DNA from: Takakia lepidozioides
Lineage: Eukaryota > Plantae > Bryophyta
DNA length: 64,000 nucleotides
Assembly: GCA_030704615.1 (NCBI GenBank)
Contig: CM060732.1
Coordinates: 7,378,001 to 7,442,000, forward strand
Direction: 5' to 3'
The translations under genes and the position numbers were made by a program. Positions within the stretch are counted from its first letter, which is position 1; every line of letters starts with the position of its first letter. Below are positions 50,449 to 62,700 of this stretch, piece after piece. The notes under the pieces are model-generated. The model ran no database searches and was not told the DNA's origin. It worked only from the letters and a program-made list of their open reading frames with translations.

Positions 50449-51118
50449 TACCTTGAGGTGATCCAAGACAAGCATTATGCAAGGTAGGTAAGAACAGTCT
50501 GCCCTACAACACATTCAGTGAGCGTTCACACCGGCAGCAAGGACCAGCCTGCAATTAATTACACTTCTGGCCTGCCACCAAGTACACTTCTTGGGCATGG
50601 TAACCCATATTGCCGCTTCACATTTGGCCAAATGTAAGCACCCCAAAGCATGCATCGTGCAAGGCCTTCTGGGTATGTAAGAACAGTCTGTCATTGTATA
50701 TATTCAGGACCTGTGCACATAGGACTCTAGACTTCAAACATGCAACCAAGTGATCACTTTGGGCATGACAAGACTGACATCGACTTCATTCTACATCATG
50801 TAAACTTGCCCCAAGATATACATCATGTAAGGCGTTTTGGCATGGAAGAAAGGCATGCGCTGTCACAGCATCCAGATCTGGACACACATACACTTTGAGT
50901 GCCCAAGACCAAGCCCACTTGGCCAAGATAAATCATACAATGCAGGTGGCTGTTCATATGGCAAAAATAAAGTAAATAATCATTGGCCAGAGTCCTTTAG
51001 AGCTTACCGTCACTGTTTCACAGAAGGCTAATGCCATGTTTTGCAAATAGAACCTCACTATGCTCCATTCCACAACAAATCCAGGTCTGAAAACGGCCTG
51101 TCACTGCCTTATCAGGCT
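50449..51118. repeat. Direct repeat of 26715-27274 (with ~110 extra bp)
   Basis: TACCTTGAGGTGATC...TGCCTTATCAGGCT is shared. Confidence 0.85.
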
Positions 51119-51119
51119 C

Positions 51120-54100
51120 TCAGCCCCCGACATGCTTGGTTTTTTTTGTTTTTGATCTGGAATGTTCCTAATGAGGCCAACTTGTGGGTTTGCATGACAG
51201 GTGCCAGCTTATGGGAAAAAAGAAGAAGTCCCCTACCCCAAAGAAAGGGGCGGACAATCCGTTTGCTCTACCGGCACGTGTGACACGCCAAGGCGTCTCA
51301 CGGCTAACCAGCCCCGTCGACAGCTGCAGCCGGAGGGCTCGTCTGCCCTCGAGGCCAGTACCCCCCCCACCCCCCCCCCCCACCCCCCCCCCTCTTGTCA
51401 CATCTTGGATGCGCCAGGGGCTGGCTCAGCCAGCTCTCCTATTCGGGAGGTTGTTGCTGAGCCGGATGCTCAGTTGAGCACACCCACCAAGACGGGTGAA
51501 ATGTACCTTGGCAAGCACATCACCCGTTCGGGGGCCCGGTATGGGCACCTTTTGGATGTCACCCCCATAGCGACCCCTTCCTCCGCAGCAAAAGGCTGCA
51601 CTTGCCAAGGCCCAACGTCAGGTTCAAGGGCCTTTGAAAGCCTCCATTGCCAGTCCATTGTTGTCGATGAGGGAGGAGGAGACGAGGAGGGCCAATGAAG
51701 TGACCAAGATAGTGAAGCGCCTCGAAGAACTCAAGCCGGGTGAGGGCTTCTACCCTGATACGCATTTGGGGGGGGGGGGGTGGGAAGAGGAGGAGGTATA
51801 GGCCAGTTCGGAGCAGCCTAGCCGATCAGCGACACCGCCCCCTCAGCCTGAGGGGTCAGCAAAGAAGGGCCTGGACTACGGGGCGCCACCGCCGGCTATG
51901 CTCCACATCTGGAATCTACTTCCAGTGGCGCTCCGGGAGGGGATAGAGCGGGCACATCCGGAAACGGGACTCCTCCCACATTGGGTGACACCAGGGGCAA
52001 GTCGGACAAGCTTGCAAAGGTACAACTGTCGCACCTTGTTCCATGATTTATCCTTTCCTTTGCATGCATGATTTTCTTTGTTGTTTGTTTCTTTTTTTGA
52101 ATTTGGAGGGTTATTTGTCTTCAGGAGGCAGCAACATGGTTGGCCTCATTGGTGCTGTCCAGTGGGTTGCCAATGAGGGAGAGCACGTGGTGTTCATGAA
52201 GGACCTGAACACCAAAGGCAAGAAGAAGAGGCCTTGATCTCCCGAGATCCCTTTTACCATCAATGAAGGGGCTGCCGAGGAGAGAGAGAGAAGGGAGAGG
52301 GAGAAGGAGAGAGAGGAAGTAGCGGGGAAGGGGAAGGAGATGGTCGTGGAGAAGGGAAGGAAAAGAAGAAGAAGAAAAAGAAGTCCCATGGAGAGGAAGG
52401 GGTGAGTGTGCATGCGGGGGAGGCGTGGGGTAACAAAGGAGCAGGGAAGGAGGCTACAAAGAAGGGAGAGGGTGGGATGGCCTTGGCGATACAGGACGTG
52501 GAGTTGGCAAAGATCGTGTGCCACCGGTGGAGGTGAATCGCCATGGTGACCCCTGCGGTGCGTTCTGGGAGCTATGAAGAAGCCAGCCTTTGAACTCGCA
52601 TTGAGGTGGTTCCCTTTGCACATCGAGCTGATCAGCACTTTGGCGCGAAGCAAACGTATGCCGGTGAGTTAGACCGCCGGTTTCCGGGCAATTGGAGTGA
52701 CACAAGGGTGATGGAGATGGTGGGGCGAAACTTGAAAGACATGAGGTACCGTGCCAGACAAATCATTCGGAGGGCAATGGAAAAAGGGGCCATACCCAAA
52801 CCACCTTATGGAATTACACAGGTTGGCAAATCCTAAATTCATGTCACCTTCCATTTGTCGCATGTGCATTAATGAGGTGGATTCGATGAAACGTATGTGT
52901 GTAATTCACTAATTGTTGGGAGGGGGGGGGCATAGGTATCGCGGGATGCACTCATTGCGGGAGAGACTGATGCCGCAAACAAGGCCAAATTTGACCGGGC
53001 ACACAAAGCAACAACAGTCCGCCTTGACAAGCACGAATCCACACACAAGTGGGGCGCCGGCGGATCCAAGGGTTTTATCTTGCGATTTGTAAGTCGTACT
53101 TCCCTATGGATTTTGTTATGTCTTCTTTCTGGCTCCATCATTGCGAAGAACTGACTTTAATTTGTGGCATGTGTAGCAACGCGCGTTTGAGAGGAATCCA
53201 TCTCCAGTAGAGTACAACTACGCCAAGGAGCATGGTTGACAATCCCTCATGAAGAACATGGCCAACACAGAGGGGATAAGTGCACTACAGGGCACTAGTA
53301 TGGATGAGGTCGAGGGTCATGCCCAGGGATTGGATGAGAGCTCTATGGGACTTAGGGGAACGCCGCCTCATTTACGTGCTCTGGCAAAGGGCGCGGAGTC
53401 ATCAGGCTCATCGGATAGCTCTGAGTCCTCCACTGAGGATGAGGATGAGGATGACTAGTCCTAGTCTATGTAGGTCCCAGGGTCAGTCTACTGAACCCTT
53501 GTGAGCTTTTCAGCTCATTTCTTGTAAATATATTTCCATCTTTCCATCTTCCATCTTATTCATGTGTCGCACCGTCCTCACCCTCGATTCATGCTTGCTC
53601 AATTGTGTACCTGCTAACTCAGAGAATGGAACGTAAGTTCTCCCATCCCCAAATACAAAACCAGGAAAAAACAAAAACCACCCCCAATTCACCCCCAAAC
53701 ACACCCCAAACCCCCCCCCCCCCACCAGCTGCCCTCGCGACTGCATCACGTTGCCAATGGCGACGTGTTTTTGGGCGGGGTCGCAAGAAGCGACGGTCGG
53801 GCATCGCAAACCCCATTTGTGGGCGGCAACGCCTGACACCCCCTGCGACGTGTTTTTTAGTCCGGGGTTGCAATCCGCGACGCCCTGGCGTCGCGGAGAC
53901 CGCCACCCTGCCTGCGCCACGTTTTTTTTTAATTAAATTTAAAAACAAAGCGACGACGGAGCGTCGCAACAACCCACGCCCGGGCGTGGCGGAGACCGAC
54001 TCCCGCTGTTTTGTGCCACGCCCAATAGTCGCTGGCAGCGACGCACGGGCGTCGCTTGGCGTACCAACCCGCTGACTCCTGGGCAGGTGAGAAAAAAAAA

Positions 54101-54418
54101 AGGGATGCGACGCCGCGGCGGCTTCCCCACCAACGCCGTCGGCTGGAGGGCAACGACGGCGAGACGTCGCTCGAAGAGGCTCCTGCCATCGGCGCGCACG
54201 GGCCTGAAAAACCGACGTCTGGTAGTCGCGGGAGTTGGGGCGGGGGCTCACGACCCCCATACGTCGCATTTTTGCGACGTCTTTTGGCGACGCCCTTGCG
54301 ACTGCAGGGCGACGGCCGGGCGTCGCAATTCTGCGCCTCCCCGCGTGCCCGAAAAGGGCGTTTTCCCGACGCTGCGGCGTGGCGTGGGCGTCGCAAAGGC
54401 CCCCCTTTTCCTGTAGTG
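51120..54418 (+). mobile_element. CACTA element, truncated, with degenerate accessory (TnpA-like) gene and intact terminus
   Basis: GCGACG/CGTCGC subterminal repeats at 53730-54400 and end ...CCCCCTTTTCCTGTAGTG at 54418. Spliced coding remnants at 52540-53458 (…ESTHKWGAGGSKGF…) loosely resemble Ptta/En/Spm proteins. Confidence 0.75.
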
Positions 54419-54693
54419 TGTAGAGAGACTTGAGTGAAGCTGTGGAATGAATGGATGCGTGAATGGAACCTGATAGATACTGAAGCAATCTGATGCTTAA
54501 GTATACACAGTAAGGTAAATTGCTAACATGAAGGTAAGAAAAAATACAAACAGGAAGCACAACCATGATACACTAGCTGTAGGTCATGACTGATTGTTCT
54601 GAGCGGGCTGAGTGCTTAGAGATATCCAACTCTTCTATCTTGGAGTTTCTACCTCAGATAGCGAAGGGATGGGTGAGTAAAAGCCGCTCGACA
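54419..54693 (+). mobile_element. 3' portion of a Gypsy-family LTR (3' or solo LTR)
   Basis: TGTAGAGAGA...GGTGAGTAAAAGCCGCTCGACA; no PBS follows. Confidence 0.9.
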
Positions 54694-54819
54694 TGGACAT
54701 ACCATTACTATCAACTTGGGGCGTATGTCCGCAATGTAAGTATTCAATCGTTGCATGCAATATCTTCGTACGCCCAGTTATTTCGGGTTATGCTCCCGTG
54801 AGCAAAAATCAAACTTTCA

Positions 54820-55370
54820 CAGTCTATACCGACTATTACGGTTCCATCGGGAACATTGTATATTCTATTTGTAAGAGAATCCGTGAGCGGATGTATATCC
54901 GCTCACATGAGCGAATCCTTGCTTTCATAGTCGCTCCGGTGACATGAAGCACAACACACATGAGGAGACCTTATTCCACTGTAGTCTGCACCGACTATAG
55001 CGTTGCAATGGCACTGTTTTACCTTATAGTCTGCACCGACTATGACAATAGATTTTAACATTGATCCTTAATGTGAATACATTTCCTCTGATCACATGAG
55101 GTTTGGCTCACTGCAGCAGAACATTCGTTCTATAGTCTGCACCGAAGATAGCGTAGCGTAGGGCACTACTGTCCACAGCTTATAGTATGCACCGACTATA
55201 ACATAGCGTCCCATCTATGCAGCTCACTTCAGTAGAACATTCCCTCTATAGTCAGCACCGACTATACCGTAGGACATGGCACTATTGTGGGCAGCTTATA
55301 GTCTGCACCGACTTTAAGATTCGGTTATGTGTCACGAAGCATTCGATGGCTATATTTGGTGCCGATAACT
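54820..55370. repeat. Dispersed array of the near-palindrome TATAGTCTGCACCGACTATA
   Basis: Copies near 54820, 54981, 55025, 55131, 55181, 55246 and 55297; inverted variants at 57180 and 57439. Confidence 0.8.
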
Positions 55371-55445
55371 TCAGACTCGATATCATTTCGATGGACCTCA
55401 CCTTAAGACCTTGCCTTTTTCGTTGTCCACGCAAATGTAGTTCTC

Positions 55446-56832
55446 ATGCTGGAGATTTTACCTACAGGGATTGGATCTGGAAGAGACGCATCAATGCCAA
55501 ATGTCAACATGTCTGAGTCCGTGCATGCGAGCTGGCAGGCCGGGGGTGGTGTCTTGAAAGTGGACCTATACACAGCCAACAAAGACGACATGACAAGGGC
55601 TATTTTGCAGTCATCGGCCTTCCATAATTATCTAAAGGGTGGTGCAAAGGGTTCTGGTCCCGACCGCCAACAATTACTAGAACAGGGCGGCAGCGCAGTC
55701 TTCTGATCCTCTGAAGATGGCAAAGGCGGTAAGAAGTTTTGTGGAGGGAACTCCTCTCCATGGTAGAAATCTTGGGCTCGAGGGCGACCTTTTCACTCGG
55801 AAGACGAAGCGGAAGATTGTTTTGGGCAACTTAGAAGACGAGGAACACCTTCATTCATGGAGGCTTGACATGAACCTCCGCACCACACCCAGGCGCTGTG
55901 AAGGTGCCGGAGGACTAAGAGTGCCCACAACTACTGTTCATATGTCTCTAGACACGTTGGAGGATGACCTTCCACTGCAGAATAAAAAGCCGGTTTTGGA
56001 GACCGCCGTGTCCACAGCATGTTGGCACATCACCCGGACGTTCGACACTTCAAGAGTAAAGTGCTGGGTAGTACGGTCTGACAGTGCACAGGCATGCAAA
56101 GAAGAAATCCGGCCACTCCACAGTTTGGGTGTTCCTGCTCCAAGATATGTGGGTCGCCATCATCCTCCGGCTTTGGTAAAATCAAAGATGATGGAAATGT
56201 GGCACTGCCCAACTGATATCGTGTACTGCGTCGGTGGTGAAGCGGGGCGATGTGTGCTTGATAGACCAGATGTTCCCGATGTTTGGCCTGTGATGGTTGG
56301 GACAAATTTAAATTAGGAGGAGGTTGACGCCTTAACCCTGGCTGGATTTTGACTTGTTCCTACAGACAACAAGAGCGCTGCCGAGGGAGAGGGGGACACT
56401 GTTGCGGATGATAGCAATCACCTGGATCCGGACACATATGCAACCAAGAGATGGGGTAAAATATATCGACGAAAGCCATTGAGTGCACAAGCCCGTAAAA
56501 AGATGGAGCTCGGACAATCTTTGAAGGCAATTGTACAATCGTTCAAAGATGTTCCCCGCCCTGGAATTGGTCGTGTGTACACACTCTGCACACCGGGATC
56601 GGCCAAAGCAGGGGAGGTCTACAATGTGTGCATCTGTCCGGAGTGCACCTGCCCTGACTTTGGAAAAATGAAGAGGGCTAAATCCACATACACCCATTGC
56701 AAGCACATATACTATATTTTGTTGCGCCGCCTAAAAATGCGGGAAGACTCGGAGGACATGAACCACCCTAATCTCTCCATAAATGAGGTGAAGGCAATGT
56801 TAGTTCGCGACCCTTGTCCTTGGTTACCATAG
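55446..56832 (+). pseudogene. C-terminal half of a MULE transposase with SWIM finger, paralog of 19012-22527
   Basis: MPNVNMSESVHASW...KVDLY...GPD, WHCPTDIVYCVGG...VWPVMVGTNL, YNVCICPECTCPDF...CKHIYY. Confidence 0.8.
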
Positions 56833-58386
56833 TGACGACTGTCTATCGTGGCCGACCATGGTGTCATCACATCTAGTACTTAGTGAGGCCCCAATTATCA
56901 CACCCTAGACACTAGGCTTTTCTATGCCACCTTCAACTGTTTGGTATCATCCAATGATGTGCGCGGATTTAAATATTGCGGATTATAATTTCTCTTCTAC
57001 GCTGCTTCAACAACTTCCATGATCTTGAGAAGATGGTGCAATGGCCAAGGCAACCCACACTCGTTCTTTGAGTGCTTTTTGATCTCCTCCAAAACCAACA
57101 GCCATGGGTAGGCAATGCGTTGTATGGAGTTTTAAACAGAGACTCCACTCAGTTGCCACATTTAACTTAAGTGCATGAAGTCGGCACCGACTGTGCCTTT
57201 AACGCAGTACCTTCGCTCATCTACGTTCCTCATATGCTTCTTCAATTCGTTCATCCAGTGCGTGTCACCTACTCGGTGCCATCTATAACAGTAACCAAGT
57301 TTTATTTGCCACATTGTAATTGAATTAATTCGATGACGATTACCCTCCTAATTTCGTATGCTTTCTGTAGTCGTTGGCGACTAGAACACCCGCAAGCTTG
57401 GCACGGGGCGTTTTACCCCACATTGGCCTGCTGTGTTGTAGTCGGTGCCCAACTATAACGGCCAAACTTTGGGCACGGCTATAGGCGTTGAAACCCCTAT
57501 TTCCGTGGACTTTTGCAAAATCCCAAATTGTCCCTTTTATATATGGGGAAGTCGGTGCGCGGGGATGTCGGGACCTGCGTTTTTGGTTCTATAATTGTGG
57601 TTCGGTGTAGGTTCGGGCAAGGTTCGGAATACTCTGCTCATGCTCACCACTCACCGCTCATGCATTTTCAATCCCCAAAAAAACGTACTTAGATGACATT
57701 GGACACTTGGGCCAACGGCAAAGACTAACCTAGAGGTTGCATTTGGGCCTCAACATAGGAAACGCACTTTGATATATAAGGTATTGCACTTGGACTTAGA
57801 TGACACTGGACACTTGGGCCAACGACACAGGCTACCCTAGTATATATAGATGAAAGGAAAAGCAATTTTCATGCAGCCATGTTCCATCCAGTTTTCAAAG
57901 CAATTTTCATCCAATTGTTGGATTAACGGTGCACCAGCATAGTTTGAAAATGTCAAAATAGTCTCAAAATAGTCTTAGATAGAATGTATGTCAGTTTTGA
58001 TGCAGCCTGCAAAATGGACCAAGTGCTGCATTAAGAGGAGATCAGTAAGACCCCCTCGCATCCAGGTGCTTGTGGTTCCAAGGGATTGTTGAGCCTATCA
58101 TGTCACATAGGGTTTTGCCATTCTTGCGGGCTTCCACATTGCAAGCAGGTTTAAGGGCGTTCTCTGTCTTTCAGACTATTCACGCCATCGAGTTCAATGC
58201 TATAGTAGCCATCTGGCGAAAAACCAGATTTCCCATAAATTCCAACAACTCGACCCCAACCAATGACAACACTTGCTGTTGAGAAGCTTCGCACATACAC
58301 CTTCTCCCCTTTCATACATTGTACAACCATCAAAGAAATACTCAGTGTCTGAATTAAGACATCCATTATTTCAAATCAAATCATAC

Positions 58387-59563
58387 TGTTAGAAGGTTGC
58401 TTGGGACTTAGATGCTTTTACGGGTTCTGTGGGGTACCCTTAATTTTTGCGCAGACTGAGACCAACAGGAGCCTTAAGGGTGGCAGCAGCAGGCTTTAGG
58501 GGGGTTATACAGCTCGACACAGCCCGACATAGCTTCGCACAGCCCGACACAACTTCGCATAGCCAGTCACAGCCCGCCACAGCTTCGCATAGCCCGACAC
58601 AGCCCGACACAGCTAGTCACAGCCCGACACAGCCTTACACAGCCAGTCACAGCTCGGCACAGCTTGACACAGCCTGTCACAATACATGGGGAACAGTTAT
58701 CATTGACAGGGAACGACTGTGAGGGAACGACATCTGCAGAGGGAACGTGTTACTTCAGGGATGACGGTTAGTTAGTTAGGTGGTTAGAACAGCTTGCGGG
58801 CAGATAAGGAGAACGGCAACGGAAAGAGGATCACTTCACAGGGAGCGCTTCTGGGTCATGGGAAGAGGAGATCAGGCGGAGAGCAAGAACGAGAGCACAG
58901 AGAAGGAGGAAAGATGAACCGTAGATGCTTATTACATGCAGAGCTGTAGTGATACTGTAGGGCGGATTAGAGTCACTATGGCTTTGGCCTGATACCTGAT
59001 AAATCATAATCTGATACTTATTCGATACAATCACACTGTGTAGAGAGACATGAATGAAGCTGTGAAATGAATGCATGATTAACTGGAACTAAGTAGATAC
59101 TGAAGCAATCTGATGCTTCAGTATCAGATAAGGTAAATTGATAACATGAAGGCAAGAAGGAATACAAATGGGAAGCACAACCATGGTTCACTAGCTGTAG
59201 GTCATGATTGATAGTACTGAGCGGGCTGAGTGCTTAGAGATATCTAACTCTTCTATCTTGGAGTTTCCACCTCGGATAGCGAAGGGATGGGTGAGTAAAA
59301 GCCATTCGACATTTGGCGACCATACCGGGGACCTGGGTCATGAACAACCAGATGTGACAGGCATCCGGTGGGATCATGGTGGTTGGAGAATTAAAAAATT
59401 TGATGTAAATCAAATTCCTTGTGAAACTGAGAAGGAAAGATTGTCCAAACAATTCTTTCAGAGGTTCTTGGAATTGCCAGACGGTTGTAAAAAAAACATT
59501 CTTAAGAGAGTGCATGATGCTGACCCTGAGTGGGGTCTGGAGAAAGGGGTGATAAAGATTTAT
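58387..59563 (+). mobile_element. Related Gypsy element: 5' LTR (58387-59311), PBS and start of the internal region, interrupted by a MULE insertion
   Basis: TGTTAGAAGG...CATTCGACA then TTTGGCGACCATACCGGGGACC. Homology to the intact element stops after GATAAAGATTTAT (cf. 37028-37040). Confidence 0.9.
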
Positions 59564-59763
59564 GGGGGCTGCTATTTCATGAGCGGCATGAGCATGAGCG
59601 GAAAAAAAAAAAGCATGAGCAGACCATTGTGAGTCCACGGAAATAGGGTCATGTGAAGTCTGAATGTGGCACCAGTGGACTTGAAATGCAACATTTTACT
59701 GCAAATTTTGTGGCAAGCCACGTCTATACAAGTGTGTTCTAACTGTCATAGCCGGAATGGGCA

Positions 59764-62700
59764 CTACTCTCCTACACCCTCCGAGGAACTTGCCCCACCT
59801 TCTTCCTCATCCCCCTCATCCCCCTCATCCTCCGAGCTCTGTGATGCATCAGTTCCACTATGCCTCTCAAAAATCCCGTCCTCTCCTTGGGGGACTGTCC
59901 ACCTCACCTCCTGGGAATCTTCTGCGTCTTCTCCCCCACTTTCCTCAGCAGAATCCAACACAAATCTACGAGCCCGACGGGCTCTAATAGCTGTTGCCTC
60001 CTCCCTCATCTTCATTTTCTTGAGGCTTGCCTCGTCTAAAATCTGCTGTACACGACTACGTTCGGAACACCTCCTAATGGACACCGAAGCAAGCCGGGCA
60101 GCATAAGTAGGAAGGATGTACTCCCTTTCTGGACTAGGCATGAAATCCCCCCTGGCAAAAAAAGGCACGTTCCTCCTGCCCATGAACTCCGGTGTAGACG
60201 TCCCTCCGGCAGTACTTGGCATCCTACAGTAAGAACAAATCCACTTCAAGAATGTCAATACCAGCACAACCAGAAAGGGTTTTCAATGAAATAAGAGAGC
60301 GGAGGGAGGTGCCTCACAAAATCTGGAGGCAACTTACAATGCCACCACTCACTCGTAAACCGGGGGCTCCTCGGCCTCGATCCCAACTTCCTCCCCCTGC
60401 TCCTTCTCGGATTTTTCCTCATCCTCCGAGGATGCCTCTTCCTCTTTCGGCAGACGTTCAGCCGCTGCAAGTTCCGAGTTGTGGAGGGCAGTATCTGGCT
60501 CGAAGGCGAACACATGCCTGTCGAACAACGTCCCTGCCCACATTGAAGCACCTGAGGAACAAAGCGGGCGGTTAATAGCTTGCGGCATGCAATTGCAATC
60601 GGGCCAGGGGACAAACTGAGCACGTGAAGGCTTACCCGTGCCGCATGTGAGGTCCAGAATCCGCCCTTGGACATCCGAGCACGTCTCCATGAGGGTTTGG
60701 ATGAAAGCAGGGCTCCGGGTCCGGCTGTACCGCCACGGTTTGCCTGTCTTTGTGTCCTTCGGCATACTAGAGTGGGGCACATAGTTGTAGAGGACATCGT
60801 AGGTTACAGGGTCCACAGCGGCATCAACAAGACGACCGTCGTTGCGGAATTTGAACATAGACCCTCTCTTCACAAAGCAATATGCCTCAAACACCAATGT
60901 CTGCACATCCAACAAAGAAGGGATCAATTCCAGGGTCTACTTAACATACACCACAATATGAAGTGAATGCAATAGATTGATAACTTACACTTTGGCCCTC
61001 TGTTCGCAACCCCTGCGTACTGATGCAGAACCATTTTCTGAGGAGGACCGGGGTGACACTTTTCGGTGTCCACCTTGCCACCGCATTCTCTGTGGTCTTC
61101 CCTCTCGTGGCAAGGACAACCACACATCCACCGTCATCCAGAAGCATCCCCGCCAGCCCAAACCCGGCTTTCCAGTAGTCCTCAGTAAACCTGTTCCAGG
61201 TGGGCACACCATCCAGGCCCTCCAGCAGCTCCCCATCTGGAATGTCGAGGAGAATCATGTCGCAAGCTCTCTCCACCTCACCCCCCCCCCCCGAGTGCTC
61301 TTGCAATTCGTGCTCACAGCCGTGAAGAATTCCATCATGGCTTCAAAACCAGGGGTGTCTTTAGGCTCTGTACCGCCAGCCCTCTTCTTGGCTTTCCCCT
61401 TCCGCTCCGCCAGAGACTTGTTGTGTGCCACCTTCTTCGCCCTGGCAGCGAGAGCGTCAAGGAAGCTCTCATTGACGCATTGGATGATGGTTGGAGGTTC
61501 TAGCTTTGGCCTGTGCGTAAACATCACCGCCGAATACCGGCGTGTAGGCTCGTCCTCAAATGCCAACTTCTTGGCAGAGCCAGTCCCACTCCGAACTGAC
61601 TTGGGAACCCGGACGACCGGTGACTGGGTAGGAGCAACAGCAGTCGCAGGACCTTGAACAAAATCGGCGTCGGAGTCACTCTCTTGGGTCCCCTCCTGCG
61701 CCTCCTCCGATGCCCCGATGGTTTTCTTCTTTTTGGGTGTTACTGCGGTCACCTGTTTCCTTGTCCTTTTCCTTTGACCTTTACTCTTCTCATGCAATTT
61801 CTCCTGAATTCCTGCCTGAGCAAGCTCTGCCGCTTTCCTGGAGTTCGCAAGCGCTTTTGCCTCTTTTGCACCCAACGGAGGCAGCGGAGCCTGGTTTCGT
61901 CGGAATTCAGCATCCAGCTTCAATTGAAACTCGGATGGGTCGAGCGAGCCGGGCGGAAGGTCCACATACCAAGGGCAATCACGCAAATGTTCCAGATGCC
62001 ACTCCTTCACAATATCGTCAGTGTACATGGAGTCAGCCCCAGGGTTCCTCCATGCCAGGAAGAATGGTGGCTCGAAAGACAGATGACCTTTCTCCAAAAG
62101 GGAGAACTTACAGTACCTGCATTCATGAAAAACACAATGAGGTCCGAAAATGGCTAAGTCCCTGAACGGCAATAGGGCCTACAACTGGAATATGGCGCCG
62201 AATTTCCACTTCAGGGCCACCCAGTCTAGGGACTTAGCCCGAAAATGGCTAAGTCCCTGAACGGCAATACGGCCTGGAACTGGAAAATGGCGCCGAATTT
62301 CCAGTTCAGGGCCACCCAATCTAGGGACTTAGCCCGAAAATGGCTAAGTCCCTGAACGGCAATAGGGCATAAAACTGGAATATGGCGCCGAATTTCCACT
62401 TCAGGGCCAGCCAGTCTAGGGACTTAGCCCGAAAATGGCTAAGTCCCTGAATGGCAATAGAGCCTGGAACTGGAAAATGGCGCCGAATTTCCACTTCAGG
62501 GCCAGCCAGTCTAGGGACTTAGCCCGAAAATGGCTAAGTCCCTGGACGGCAATAGGGCCTAAAACTGGAATATGGCGCCGAATTTCCACTTCAGGGCCAG
62601 CCAGTCTAGGGACTTAGCCCGAAAATGGCTAAGTCCCTGAACGGCAATAGGGCCTGGAACTGGAAAATGGCGCCGAATTTCCAGTTCCGGGCCAGCCACA

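Larger units (their letters stand above)
54694..57676 (+). mobile_element. Right part of another MULE subfamily, with TATAGTC-TGCACC-GACTATA arrays and a CCCC terminus
   Basis: Reverse complement of the end is GGGGATTGAAAATGCATGAGCGG...GAGCATGAGC...GTCCACGGAAATAGGG, sharing motifs with the left end at 4664/59564. Confidence 0.65.

Noticed and set aside
4664-57676. One giant MULE spanning 4664-57676
   Set aside because: The flanks (TGTATTAAG vs AAAAAAACG) form no TSD, the array motifs differ, and a better-matching end exists at 23131.
57687-58380. Short direct repeat and a 71-aa minus-strand ORF
   Set aside because: No recognisable domain or termini; too little evidence to call.
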